Of a stretch of 64,000 nt of DNA, positions 12,959-27,807 are shown one piece after another. The stretch comes from the human T2T-CHM13v2.0 reference genome, Homo sapiens. Location of the stretch: NCBI RefSeq assembly GCF_009914755.1, contig NC_060925.1. One strand, written 5' to 3'. Both the position numbers and the translations under genes were made by a program. The stretch's first letter is position 1; each line of letters opens with the position of its first letter. The notes below the pieces were generated by a model that made no database searches, was not told where the DNA came from, and saw only the letters and a program-made list of their open reading frames with translations.

Positions 12959-12998
<40 letters not shown>
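12959..12998. repeat. (TG)20 microsatellite
   Basis: Read directly. Confidence 0.97.
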
Positions 12999-13005
<7 letters not shown>

Positions 13006-13825
13006 CTATACCAGGGTCATGTAGTTTTGCATTCTGTCTCTTTCTACTTACAACTGTATTATGAGCATTTTTTCATGTCATTAAATATTTAAGAAAACAA
13101 TTATAAAGACATATAATACAGTAAATATAAAAGATATATAAGATGTTTATAAAATAAAATAAAAATATATACTATCTCTGTATACAGATACGTATTTATT
13201 TAACAATGCTCTATTTTCAACTTTTAGATTATTGCTATCTTGCCACCTTTTTCTGTAATCATTATCCTTGCACATGAATCTTTAATCACATTTTAATTAT
13301 TTATTTAGGTTGGTTTCTAGATGTGTATCATTTTATGACTTCTAGTAAATATTTTCAGATTGATTTCTAGAGAAGCTTCATCAATTTACATTACTATGTC
13401 TAATTATATATTTGAGTCTCTGTTTTACATGCCTTTGCTGGCAGGAAAAAATATTAAAGACGAAGTAAAAAAAAAATTTATACAATATGATGGGGATAAA
13501 AAACCTCACATTTATGCTTCAGTTTTCTTCCTTTGTGAGACTGAATGGTTTGTCATGCTTATTATATATTGATGTTTTTAAACTACTTTTAATTGGATTA
13601 TTTGTGATGTTCCTATTAATAAACATTCTTTTTATGTCTTAAGAATATTAAAGTTTGTCTTATTCTTGCAAATATGACCTAATATGTCATTTGTATTGGG
13701 ACTTTTGTTGTTGATGATTTTATTGTTTCAAATATTTATGTAGGAGCTTCTTCCATTGTTTTTATTCTTTCTTATAATTTTAAAAATTTTTTTCACTGTA
13801 TTTTCTCTTTTTCATATCAGTTTTT

Positions 13826-15570
13826 TAAATTTTTATTTTTAATTATTTATGGATGCAGAATACTTGTACATATTTATGGGGTACATGTCAAATTTGATAC
13901 AATCATATGTGGAAAGATCAATTAGGGTAATTGGGATATCTATCCCCTTAAGCATTTATCACCTCTTTGTGTTAGTAACATTCCAATTCCATTCTTTTAG
14001 TTATTTTGAAATATATAATAAATTATTGTTAACTATAGTTACCCAATTGTGCTACTGAACACTAGATCTTATTCCTTTTATCTTACTGTATTTTTGTACC
14101 AATTTTCCATTCACTCTTTATTTCCCCTTTCCACTAGCCTTCCCAGCAGATGGTAACCATCATTATACTTTCTATTTCCATTAATTCAACTGTTTTTAGT
14201 TCCACATGTAAGAGCATGTAATATTTGTCTTTCTGCGCCTGGATTATTTAACTTAACATAATGTCCTCTAGTTCTAGTTCCTGACATGTTATTACAAATG
14301 ACAGGATTTCATTATTTTTTTATGTCTGAATAATATTCTATAGTGTGTAGGTATCACATTTTCTTTATTCATTCATTTGTTGATCAATGCTTACATTGAT
14401 TCCATATTTTGGCTATTGTGAATAGTGCTGCAATCAGCATGGGAGTACAAATATCTCTTCAATATACTGATTTTCCTTTCTTTTGGGTATATACCCAGTA
14501 ATGGGATTACTGGATCATATGGTAGTTCTATTTTTAGTTTTTGTAGGAACCTCCATACTGTTTTCTGTGGTGGCTGTACTAATTTACATTCCAAGCAACC
14601 ATGTAGGAGGGTTCCCCTTTCTCCACATCCTCATCAACACTTGTTATTTCCTATCTTTTGGATAAAAGCCATTTTAACTGGGGTAAGGTTGAATCTTATT
14701 GTAGTTTTAATTTGTATTTCTTTGAGGATTAGTGATGTTAAACATTTTTTCATATTCCTGTTGGGCATTTGTATGTCTTCTTTTGCGAAGTATCTATTCA
14801 GATCTTTTGCCCGTTTAAAAATCCGATTGTTTTTCCTATTGAGTTGTTTGAGCTTCTTATATATTCTGTGTATTAATCCCTTGTCAGATGGATAGTCTGC
14901 AAATATTTTCTCCCATTCTGTGGTTCGTCTCTTTTCTTTGTTGATTATTTCTTTTGCTGTGCAGAAGCTTTTAAGTTTGATGTGATCCCATTTGTTCATT
15001 TTTGCTTTGGTTGCCTGTGCATCTGAGGTCTTATTCAAGAAATCTTTGCCCAGATCAGTGTCCTGGAGTGTTTTCCCAATGTTTTATTCTAGTAGTTTTA
15101 TAGCTTTAGGACTTAGATGTTACTCTTTAATTGATTTTGATTTGATTTTTATATATGTCAAGAGACAGCAGTCTAGTTTCATTTTTCTGCATGTGGATAT
15201 TCAGTTTTCCCGGAACCATTTTTTGAAGAGACTATCCCTTCTCCAGTATATATTCTGGGCAACTTTGTTGCAAATGAATTGAACTGCAATGGGTGGATTT
15301 ATTTCTGGGTTCTCTATTCTGTTTCATTGGTCTATATGTCCGTTTTTGTGCCAGTATCATGCTGTTTTGGTTACTGTAGCTTTGTAGTATAATTTGAAGT
15401 CAGGTAATGTGATGCCTCCAGCTTTGTTCTTTTTGCTCAGGATTGCTTTGGTTATTTGGGGTCTTTTGTGGTTCCATATAAATTTTAGGATTTTTTTTTT
15501 CTATTTCTATAAAGAATGTCACTGGTATTTTGATAGGGATTGCATTGGATCTGTAGATTGCTTTGGGTAG
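13826..15570 (-). mobile_element. LINE-1 (L1MA-like) 3' portion with decayed ORF2
   Basis: Minus-strand ORFs 14391-14594, 14634-15038 and 15400-15600 give ORF2 C-terminal motifs ([59 protein letters not shown]); T-rich 3' end at ~13826. Confidence 0.93.
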
Positions 15571-17659
15571 TATATTCTTGAAATTCATTCTTACCAACAT
15601 CAGTTAAATGTGGATTGATATTTTAATTTTTATTTTATTCTTCTAAATATATTTAACTCATTAATCTTTTTGAATACATTGCCTTTGTAATAACATAATC
15701 CCCCATAGACTTTTTTGGCATTATTTTGTTATACTTATTATATCATATACTATATGATTCTTACAGGGCACAAGGATATTTTGTTTTAATCTTTTGTGTT
15801 CCATTAATCCATCTGACAATCTTGCAGTTCTTATGTCAGTACCATACTGCATTTTAATAACTGTAGCTTTATTATATGCCTACTATAATAAAAAGCATGT
15901 CTCCAATCACTCCTTCTGTAGTACATATAGGCATTTCTACCTGTGCATTCTCTTAGATGTGTTTTAAAATCATTTTGTCAATTCTTTTCTTCCCGTGCCT
16001 TTCTCCAAATTTATATACTTCCTTTTATTATTTATTTAGCATAACATGAAACCTACCATTCTGGAAATAATGAATTATATTTTCTGACACTTAATATAAA
16101 GTAAATTGCAATATATTACACATAATATAGTTTTTCTTGTCTCTAGGTATGTACTTCAGCAAGTTCAAAGTAAACAAAATAATCTTTTCAGGCTGAGTTG
16201 GAATATTAAAAGTACCTTAAACCTATAAGTGTTGTTATCAAAATATGTATTCCTAAATTAGTCTAAAAGATTGCCAAAGTAGAATTGTTAAATTGATAAA
16301 AATATTATACTATCAATACTAAAGTAGAATATTTGTTTTATATATAACATAATAAGATTTGAAAATTTGCGAGGAGTCTACATAAAGTTCTTTTGATAGG
16401 AGGGGAGAATCCCTAATGTAATAATTGGATATATGCAATATGATTTTATTAAGGTAATTAAATAGCAAATAATTTCCTATTTTTGAGACTGAAATATGGA
16501 TACTGCCTTTCACAAAATATTAGAGCATAAATGCTGGGCAAAAAATTAGAACTATTGACTTTATTTCACATTTGCAGAAAATTCTAGCACTTCGTGTAGT
16601 TAAATGTCATATTTTGTCAAGAAGATACAGAAAGATGGAGATCATGTCTTTTGATAAAAGCAACCACAATTTATGTTGTTGTATCTGTGTTGTAACTGGC
16701 CTTGAAAGTTAATGACATCAGTGTGACACTAATTTATTTAGATTAGTTAGCACACACCTAGTAGTAGTCCAATATAAAGAGTTCATTATTCTAAATATTA
16801 TTACTATTAATTTATCTAACAAAAGCAGCTTTGTGTTTCATTTTGTCAAGTTTCTTTTTGTTAACCATTTAATATCTTAGATGTATAATATGAAAATTTA
16901 GTGTACCATTAGAGCTCATCCAAAGACAATCAGTGAGATTGATTGTTGGTCATGAAAATAAGCCAAAGTCTTCATACTCAAGCATGCAAAATTAAGAGGC
17001 TGTGAATTTAGGGGAAAATGAAGGGACTTTGGGTTTTATCGGGGAGCAAGAAAGCAAGGAATATAGAAGAATTCAGAGTTTACTACTTGAAATTATTTTC
17101 CCCTTTATCTTACTAACTTTTAGGGAGAGTGATAGATTTTAGTTATTATGCCATAAATTAAGTTATATTGTGTTGCCATACGTTGGACATAAATCTGGCT
17201 CAGTTTTTCAGTGCTCATTTAAATGCTTAATGACAAGAAGCCAGAACAACGGGTTAATTCTCTTAAAAATTATTCAAGGAAAGAGAGAAAGAGGAAATGA
17301 GGGAAGGAGAGAAGGAAGAAAGAAGAAAGGAAAATCTGAAATGAGGCAGTCTTCACAAATGATGGAAGTAATGTATCTAAATTAAACTGATCTGCCTACA
17401 TTTCATTTAGGGTCAGAATTCCATTTAAACCCACTAAAAACGGAAAAAGTATCTGTATTTTTCCACAATCACCTGATTTATTTGTTGAAACGAGGGCATG
17501 ACCTGTTTTAGAATCTCCACATATTATTCACTTATAATGCTTAGGTTGGCCCACATCACAGCCAAATCAGTCCAAGCATTAGCTTTGTGGGCACCAATCC
17601 ACAATGGCTGGTGAAGGAAAGTGCACAGCATTTAATGTAGTACTTCCAGTTTTATCTCT

Positions 17660-18114
17660 TGTACTAGTTTCCTGGAACTTCTGTAACAAATTACCCCAAA
17701 CATGGTGACTTACAACAACAGAAATATATTCTCTCACAGTTTCGGAGGGCAGAAGTTGAAATTAAGGCATCAACAGGGATGTCCTCTCTCTAAAGCCTCC
17801 ACAGTAGACTCCTTCCTTGCCTTTTCCAGCTTTTGGTGGTTCCAGGCATTGCTCGCCTTGTGGTTGCATCTCTCCAATCTCTGCCTTCATTTTTGTATGG
17901 CCTTTTCTTTTGTGTGCATGTCTTCTCTTGTATCTCATATAAGAATAATTGTCATTGAATTTAGGGCCCACCTACGTAATCCAAGATGATCTAATCTCAA
18001 AATCCTTAATTAAATTACATTTGCAAAGAGTCTTTCCCCAAATAAGGTCATATTCACAGGGCCGAGGGATTAGGAAATGGTATTTTATATGGAGCCACCA
18101 TTCAACCCACTACA
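17660..18114 (-). mobile_element. MLT1C-like MaLR solo LTR
   Basis: tgtactagtttcc ... tgtaacaaattacc ... caacagaaatatattctctcacagtt ... attcaacccactaca is the reverse of the MLT1 consensus. Confidence 0.85.
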
Positions 18115-18865
18115 CTCATATTGGTCACTCACATTGAGAATCAGATGTTTTGTGATGATATTACATTAAGTTGACATTAATTTCCCTTTACGTATTTTGT
18201 GAGTTTATGGTAACATCCCTGTGAATAACTAACCAGAATTAAAAAGTGCTGTGTAAACTCTATACAACATTAGATATAGAAAATTATTTTCATGCCTATT
18301 GCATTATAAAGCTCTTGAAGCCTAATACTAGCATGCCTTTTATTAAAAGTAAGAGAGACTATAACTGTAAAATAATTAATTCTAACTTGTAGTTTCTATC
18401 TGTTGTATTTTATATTACTTGCTTCAATAATTTTTTAAGATTCTGGAGGTTTACCTACATGCTTATATGCCATCCTTCTCCCTAATCTTCTCCCTAATCT
18501 TAAAAATAGGTTTTATGTAATGAGAAACATTGTAGAATAGAAAGCACATATTCTTGGTTTGCATAGAGACAAAAGAAATCTGACTTCCTCTAATGACAAG
18601 TCAATTTATTATTTTATGTATATATATATGTGTGTTCGTATTTTAATAAATAAATGTGTTGTTTCATATATTTAAAATATATATTTATATTTTTTTACAT
18701 GTAAATGAATGAAATGGCATATATATGCTATCATACTGTGTTTTGAATATATTTCTGTTATTTACAAATAACATTTATTTACAATATTCATTTCTATGGT
18801 ATTTATTTGTCATTCCTCTCCTTCAAGTCTTCTTAGTGGTGTTTCAGTACTCAAAAATGAGGGCA

Positions 18866-19078
<213 letters not shown>

Positions 19079-20994
19079 TGAGCACAGACATCTTACGAAG
19101 TATCTCTTTGAAGGATACTGTCAAATTTTTATCCCACAGAAAGTCAGTTTAGTTAATACTATGTAAGTTTATCTTAAGTTAGTCTATGGAAGTGTGAAGT
19201 ATCTGAGGTGTCAAACAATAACCAAAATGGATAGCTATCATAGAACACAATTCCGGCATATCGCTGTAATTTGTGGAGCAGCAATTTTTTTGTTCACTGA
19301 AATCTTTTAAAATACTTTCTAAAAACTATTGCACTTTACTCATAGTCTGTGTCATTGTTTCTCAGCTTTTACAGAGAGAAACCAGACATCAGAGAGGAAA
19401 TGGTTTATCCATGCTATAATCACTGTATTTGCAATCATCTGTTTTTAATCTTTTCCACATCAGGATCACATAAGGAAAGGGAAAGTTTCCATCTCTTCCT
19501 GATTCTAGCGTGAAGTGAACCATCTAAAAATAGCCTCACTGTTACCTCATGTATTTCCCTTTTCATTTTACCCCAAAATCCACACATCACTGGTCATACC
19601 CTTGAGTCATGTTTGTAAACACTAGAAAGCTCTTTCTTTTCTTTGCCCTCACGCAATTGCTCCACAATGTGAACTTTTGGTTTATTTTGATGTTGAATAA
19701 TCACGAGTGAATAATTGTGAACAGTGCTGGACAAGAAATAACAAGCTGATTAATTTAGCTGAATAGAGGGAAAAAAAGAAGAGATTGGTGATAAAAGCTT
19801 TCTCAAGTTTCAAACAAGAAATTATTTACATACATATGGGATTTTCAGTGAAATGTAATTGTATTTATCATAATAGTTTATGAAGCAAATGCTTTCATAT
19901 ACATTAAATCCTTTGTTCTCCTAGATTTTTATTCATAAGTGGTGTTGAGAGAGTTGATCAACATAAAATTCATGACATTCCAGAAGCAAAAAGAGCAGTG
20001 AAAGTTCAATGAAAAGTGTATTTTTCTCTGAATGTAAGCCTGTATGATAAAGTACTTGTTTTCTTCTAATGTAAACTACTGAGGTCTTTATACATTTTAT
20101 CATTTAATCCTCTCAGCAATCCTATAAGAAAGGCGATGGTATTAGCTTTATTTTACAGAGGTAGAAAAATGAATTGCTGAGAAATAAGAAACAGATGAAA
20201 TAGAGATGAGATGGGATTGGGAGCCTGCTATGTCAGGGATAGTGAATAATCTAGTCTGTGTTTGTTCGTTCCTCATTATCTCTGCGTTGCCTGTAGGGGA
20301 GTATCACTGTACACTGCAGCCACCAAAAATAATTTGTTTCTTGTTGAGCTGTGGTGTCTAATTAGTTTGTCTCAGGTCATCCAGCTAGCAAGTTTTAGGG
20401 TGTCTGTCTTAGAGCTGGGCCTTTCACGCTGCACAACCCAGGCCCACAATCGTGCAGCACCTTCCTGCCTTTATCATACTTTTCTATAATATCTATTTAT
20501 CTTTTCTGTTGATTTATAAACTCCAAATCTTCAAGGACAGCCTATCTCTTATGCTTAGAACATAACTCACTGATAATTGTTGGCTGAATTAACAAATACT
20601 CTGAGGAAATTGTCCAGGTGTACTGCAAAGTCTCACCTTGTATTTTTTCCTGGCATTTATCACAGTTTTAAGCACAAAGGGTTATTTGATTGCTATCTCT
20701 CGCCCAACAGGCTATAAATCCCATAACAACAAAAACCATGAATGTTTTACTCACTGTTATGTCCCCACTTCTAACATGGAACCTAGTCGACCACTATTGA
20801 TTGCTGTGGAATGGATCAACGAGATGACAAGAGTAGTTAAAAAGAACTTAAGATTCTAGTGACAGTATCCCCAAAACTTCCCCTTTCCAGGAATTTTCCT
20901 CTCTAATGTTCTTATCTCTCTTCCCTTTCTTTATCCTCTTTTGTTTTCCTTACTTTTTTCCTTCCATCTCTTTTCTTCTCTTTACTGGCATTTA

Positions 20995-21230
20995 TTTATT
21001 AAACATTTGCATAGCACTTAATATGTAGTAAGCACTGTTTTAAGCACTGTAAAGTATTAATTTATTTAATTCTAATAGCAACCCTATGAGATAGGTATTA
21101 TTTATATCATCCACATTTTAAATCTGAGATGGAAACATTGACTTAAGAAACATGTCCAAGGCCATGGAGCTTGCATTTGGACTCAGGCATCTGGTCCCAG
21201 AATCTGTGCTTCTCCCACTATGATATTCTG
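20995..21230 (-). mobile_element. MIR
   Basis: atagcactta..., caaccctatgagataggtatta, ggactcaggcatctggtcccaga. Confidence 0.7.
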
Positions 21231-22162
21231 CTTCTTATTTATTCTGCTCTCCCTGAAGATGCACATAATGGAAATGAGGTCTCTTCACTGCATCTCTCCA
21301 TATTGATTTATGTTCTCCAGTTTAAATTTAATTTTGGGGGTGCTTACCCCAGTGAGTTAGCCTGCTTTGGTGCAGAGACAAACCAACCTCGAATCTCCGT
21401 AGCTGACTGCGAACACGTATTTCTTGGCCACTTACATGCCAGCAGTCGTAAATCACCCGTGGAGGCTCTGTTCTATTTCTCTTCTCATTCTGGCGGGAAT
21501 GTATAACCAGCTTACCAGGAAGGGAGCTAATACATGGAAACCATCATACAATTTGCCACGACCATTAACTAAGCCCTTGGTACATCTGTACAGTCCTCTC
21601 TTGGCCGTTACATGTAATAGCAATGCTCTGAGGCCAAAGGTTCAACTTCTGTTCACAAAAAGAAGACAAAAAGCTGATTCAGAGTAACTCAAATATTTTT
21701 GTATACATAAAATGAATGAAGTTTTGGCTGGTACTTTTTAACACTTTGGTGGAGATGATACAGGTAAAAATCCAGTAACAGGATTCTTCTCTGCATCATC
21801 AGATTCCTTTTTTACTCCTAAGGTTTAAAAAAACTTTCACATGGTTATAAATTCTCTGAACCCATAATTTTTTTTCTCTAGCAGCTTCTTCAACATAATT
21901 TTGCTCAGTTCAGTTTATCAATAATTTTTCAAATGCCTGCTGTGGAGCTAGCCTTGTGCCAAGAATTAACATAACAATAGTGAGTTTGTTTTCAATTTCT
22001 TTGAAATTAATGAACTTCCTGAGAACAGGGTCGTGATTCATCCTAGCAAGGAGTACATTGCTGGCACACAGTAGACACCTAGTGAACACTGAATTATGGT
22101 CAGACCAACTGAATCAATGAAAACTGAAAATTTCCAAATTCATCTTTCCATCTTTCCCATAG

Positions 22163-22358
22163 GAACTTCTACTTGCAGAAAAGTGGGCTAAAATGAACAA
22201 GCTCCCCTTTCCAAAGATTGATCCTTATGTGTTTGATCGGGAAGGGCTGAAGGAGTGCTATGTCTTTAAACCCAAGAATCCTGATATGGAGAAAGATTGC
22301 CCAACCATCATCCACTTTGTTCTGGCCAACATCAACTTCAGAAAGTACAAGGCTCCAG
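22163..22358 (+). CDS. PLA2G4A: PLA2G4A coding exon (exon 16, 196 nt), aa 589-653
   Basis: Acceptor tttcccatag ends at 22162; donor gtaagt at 22359. Translates ELLLAEKWAKMNKLPFPKIDPYVFDREGLKECYVFKPKNPDMEKDCPTIIHFVLANINFRKYKAP. Not shown on the + strand by the ORF track. Confidence 0.98.
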
Positions 22359-23282
22359 GTAAGTAGGGAGTAAGCTGTATTCCATAAAATAGAAATTAAG
22401 TAGGGGACGAAACTGACATTAAACTGTTTCACTCTGTCACTGCTGTACCAGCTATTACACTATTGAATGCTTCCCTTACCTTGATAAATAGATACTATTC
22501 TGAGACCTCAAGTACTTCTCCTCTTTCTTACCCCAAGATCCCCTGACTTGCTCACAGTTCAGAAACTGCAAAGTCAACAACCAGTTTAGCAAAAATCTCT
22601 GGGACTTTACTTCAATACTTTGAATTATGTTTGTTCTGATTGATTTTTAATCAAATATTTTGACTATCACCCTTGTAAGAAAGCCCTTATTTCAGAAAAA
22701 TCATGCAAATTTCTGGGAATTTTACGTGACTACAAGATTAACGTAATCTAGCAGTACACAATGGCTAGCAGTTTCAGTTTGCCATGTTGTATTTCATAGA
22801 AAACAAGAATCAAGTTTGAGGCATAGTCTTTTTTGTTTTGTTTTATTTTTTTAACCATATCCAGAGGGGTCTCTCGACTCTTGTGTATCCTGGAAAATGT
22901 TGATTAACCAAAGGAGATCTAAAGATTTACATGCAGGGTGCTTAAGGCTCCAAAAACCATATTTTAGGACCAGAAAATGTGTTTTCCATTTTATAAATGG
23001 AAAGACACAAAAAATAGGGAGGATGAGTAATGGGAATATGCTGAGAAAAATGGTGTTTTTCTAGATTTCTCAGGAAGACAAAGAAAGAATTGATAGGAGT
23101 GAAGATTATTGTGAAGCATATAGTTCAGCATAGGAGAAGGTGGAAATCTGACATTTTTAGTTATCACACACTAGAGCACATGAAACCCAGTGAATTTTCT
23201 ATCACTGTGAATTCTCAAGGAGAGGCTCACTGAGCAGTTGGCATGTGTAGGGGATTTCCATGGCATAAAGACAGCCACATAA

Positions 23283-23790
23283 TGTTTTAGTTTGGGTTCT
23301 CCCAGAAACTAATTCTGAGAAAAGGACTCAAGTGCAAATAGTTTATTTAGATGAGCTGGGGAACACTCTAGTTTATTAGTAAGGAAATGGGGAAGTGGTA
23401 AAGGGAAGGAAGGCAGACAACAAAGTTGCATTAGCAAGCCGGCTACCACAATGGGAACTTGATCTGCTGGGAAAGACTACAAAATGGAATAGACCTGTGT
23501 CCCACAATCATGCTTCCCACACGCACACCAAAAGGCAGGGGAATGGAGTATTTAGATACTAACTCCCTAGAGTCTTTGGTTGACCACTGCCTGGGGAACA
23601 GTGTTATTTAACAGAATTTCCAGCCTGCTGTGAGTGGGTCAAGCAGGCTTCTACAGTTGCAGGGCAGGATAGAAAGCCCTCCGGCACACAGATGTCAGAT
23701 ATTGGCAGTTGGATGTCATCTGGCCAGAACACACAGACACGATAAAAGTCAGAGATGCTACAGAGTACCTGGCTCTGTGGGGACTCCCAC
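23283..23790. mobile_element. Old MaLR LTR (MLT1I/J-like)
   Basis: tgttttagtttgggttctcccagaaac ... ggactcaagtgcaaatagtttattt resembles MLT1 termini; ends ~100 bp before exon 17. Confidence 0.55.
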
Positions 23791-23884
23791 TGCTGTCTTT
23801 ATGTCTGTATGTTTTATTCCTTGGGTTTTAGAGATATTTTGTAGTTTTCAAAATAACACCCTTTGTGACTCTTCTGGTATTTAG

Positions 23885-24042
23885 GTGTTCCAAGGGAAAC
23901 TGAGGAAGAGAAAGAAATCGCTGACTTTGATATTTTTGATGACCCAGAATCACCATTTTCAACCTTCAATTTTCAATATCCAAATCAAGCATTCAAAAGA
24001 CTACATGATCTTATGCACTTCAATACTCTGAACAACATTGAT
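23885..24042 (+). CDS. PLA2G4A: PLA2G4A coding exon (exon 17, 158 nt), aa 654-706
   Basis: Acceptor tatttag ends at 23884; donor gtaagt at 24043. Translates GVPRETEEEKEIADFDIFDDPESPFSTFNFQYPNQAFKRLHDLMHFNTLNNID. Confidence 0.98.
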
Positions 24043-24349
24043 GTAAGTATCTCCTATGGCCATTGACTATGTCAAATGACTTCCATACCGTATAAATACA
24101 CCAATACCTCTTTTCAATTAAAAATAAAAAAATAAGTGTTATGAATGACACCACCCAAAATATGCCACTTTACTTTTCATGAAATATTTTGCTAATCTTC
24201 AGAAGAACCCTACAAAACTGACAAATAAGGAAACTCATTTTATGCTATTATTTTATTGAATGATTGGTTAATACTCAGTTTCTTTCCCGAAGTATCTATA
24301 TATTTATTATATGATATAACAAATTATAAGTAAGGAAGAAAAGTGATGA

Positions 24350-24825
<476 letters not shown>

Positions 24826-26109
24826 TAGCCTTTGAGATGTCAAGTATGCTTTGCTTTAGAAACAAATCATTGTCTTCAGTATCAATCCTTCCTATCATTA
24901 GTGTATCTTCTGCTAAGATTCTGTGTCTAGGTGAAATTCTTTCATTTTTAACTTACCATATAGGAACACTATTCTGTAACTGAAATCATTGACTTGTGGT
25001 TCCAAATCATAGTGTCTGACAAATGATTATCAGTTGTAAAAGCTTAAGTTCAGTGGCCTAATTGGATTTTGTACATTAGAAAAACAGAAAAAAAGAAATT
25101 AAATGGAGAAGGAAAGGCATCATGTCTGATTTACCAGTCTTTTTGGTGACTGTGTAAATGGCGCAAAGGAATTCAGAATATGTGAATGAGTGTTCTGTTT
25201 ATATGGGCTCTAATTAGATTTTGTGAGCTAATAGAACTCCACACATCTAGTTTGCTTGCTTGTTTCGTTTGGCCTGAGACTAGTAATATCAACTGTATGC
25301 AATCATCACAGTTGCACCATAATATATTTGTTAATTAATATCTTTTTGTAAATGTGTAAAATTTTCCCCAATAAGCCTTGATTCTTACAACTCTAAAATT
25401 CTTTTTTTCAGCCTTCATTTACAAATAGATGATAATTCATCTAAAAATGCTTATCAAAATATATAGCATATGTCATTTTCTCCATAGATTTGTTTCCTTT
25501 TTAGAAAAAATATTTCAAGCAGTGGACATCTGAAATCCACGTGATACATTATCTCTATGGTGATGGCAAAAATTGAAAGGTTAAGAGAAAAAATGATTAA
25601 TCTCTGATTTGTAGGGAGTGAACATAAATTCTCAAAATAGAGTTAGTTGCATTTTATAAAACCTCATGCTACTAAAACAGAGGTAAGAATTAATATCACA
25701 GTCACCCTAGTTTTCCAGTATGAGCCAATAAACTCAAAACTACACATTCCTTGGGATGAATTGTATTAAATTTGATAAGTCTTTCTCAAATGGAAAAAAC
25801 AGATTGTAGGAATATACAAATACCATGTTGGACTTGGGAGTAGATATACATATGTGTATCTTAACCAAATACATTTGTCTTGCTGTTCTAGTTTATATAA
25901 AGTCTGCTAAACAATTTGCAATAAGGAATGATACAGTTTTATTTATATATTTTACAAACATTCTTCAAAGTAGTTTGTTTGACACATAGATGTAAAAGTT
26001 AGTGCCTGAACAAAAATAGACTGAATCCCAGAACAACTGTCCCGACCTATACACCTCATCAAATGTTGATTCTTCAGAAACCATTAATTTAGCAGTTTTA
26101 AAAATATGT

Positions 26110-26760
26110 TTTCACTTTTTATTGTTATAAAATATACAAAATATAAAATTTATCATTTTAACCATTTTTAAGTGTACAGTTTAGTGGCATTAAGTACATT
26201 GCATTATCGTGCAACCAACCCCACCATCTATCTCCAGAACATTTTACATCCTCCCAAACTAAAACTCTGTAACCATTAACTAGTAAGTCCCCATTTCCCC
26301 TGCATTTTTAGTAACAATACCATCAGGTTTTTATAAGAAGATTGATAAATTCATTAAAAAATAATATGAAAGTGAAAAGGACCAAAGTAGGCTAACTCAT
26401 CTTGAAGAAAGAAAGCGAAGTTAGAAGACTTACTTTACCAAATAGAAAGACAGCAAGATAACATAATTAAGAAAACATGACATTGTCCAAGGACAGACAG
26501 TAGCACTAAATAAAATCGTCCTTGAATAAATTGTGACTATCTGTAATAAAAAAAGTGATCAGATGATTATTCACAAAGGAAAAAATTAAATGTACCTCTT
26601 TCACATTATCAACAAAGCCAATATCAGATAGACTGTAGATCTGAGTATAAAAGTAAACAAAGCTTCTAGAATACAACACAGGGGAGTATCTTTATGACTT
26701 TGACCCTGGGAAATATTCTTTAAACTTGACGCTAAAAGCATTAGCCATAAAGGGCAATCT
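26110..26760. mobile_element. Old L1M fragments (antisense L1MB-like 3' piece, then sense L1M ORF2-like piece)
   Basis: aaccatttttaagtgtacagtttagtggcattaagtacatt is the reverse L1MB 3' end; gttagaagacttactttacc ... gactgtagatctgagtataaaa is ORF2-like. Confidence 0.65.
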
Positions 26761-27241
26761 TTCCTGTATCTCCAAGTCCTTTAGTTCTGAGAATTAAGCA
26801 GTTTTTAATTGCTTCTGCTACAGTTTCTGGCACAGCATGTACAGACAAGGTCATGGGCGTTATATCGTCTTTAAATCTCTTACATGTGACTTTGAATAAG
26901 CTGCTTAAACTTTTTGAGCCTCCACTTCCTCGTCTCTGAAACAGGTGTGGTAGGATCTATAATAATTGTAGTAGTGAATGTTTAATTGGGTGATGCATGA
27001 TTACAGAAGCTGCTCAATAAATGAGAACCTTACCTATACATGTCCTTATCTTGTACCCCTGAAGGTCCATGGGGATTACACCCAAAGACCTTTGCAAATG
27101 CCTCAGGTTAACAACATAGACAAGTTTGTACAGGTAATGCCAGCTTAGGCAGTCAGTATATATTTTCTGAATGAACAAATGAAGGTAGGCTTTTTCCTGA
27201 ATTATATGAACATTGAGACTCATGTTCAAGTAACTCCTCTT

Positions 27242-27276
27242 TGTGTGTGTGTGTGCGTGTGTGTGTGTGTGTGTGT
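27242..27276. repeat. Interrupted (TG)n microsatellite
   Basis: Read directly. Confidence 0.95.
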
Positions 27277-27368
27277 TTCATAAACAGATAAAATTTTCAG
27301 TTTTCACTGACATTTTATCTTGCCTTAGTGACTCCCTTCTTCTCCACTTTAAGAAAACACATTTTTGG

Positions 27369-27807
<439 letters not shown>

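Noticed and set aside
14391-15600. Reverse-transcriptase-element peptides
   Set aside because: Fragmented ORF2 of a dead, truncated L1; not an active or novel RT system.
18473-18500. Short tandem duplications (12 bp here, 15 bp at ~24352-24381, 12 bp at ~2801-2822)
   Set aside because: Ordinary slippage products, common genome-wide.
22169-22432. Minus-strand ORFs overlapping exons (also 9954-10178 and 32939-33223)
   Set aside because: Shadow frames opposite real coding exons, with no independent support.
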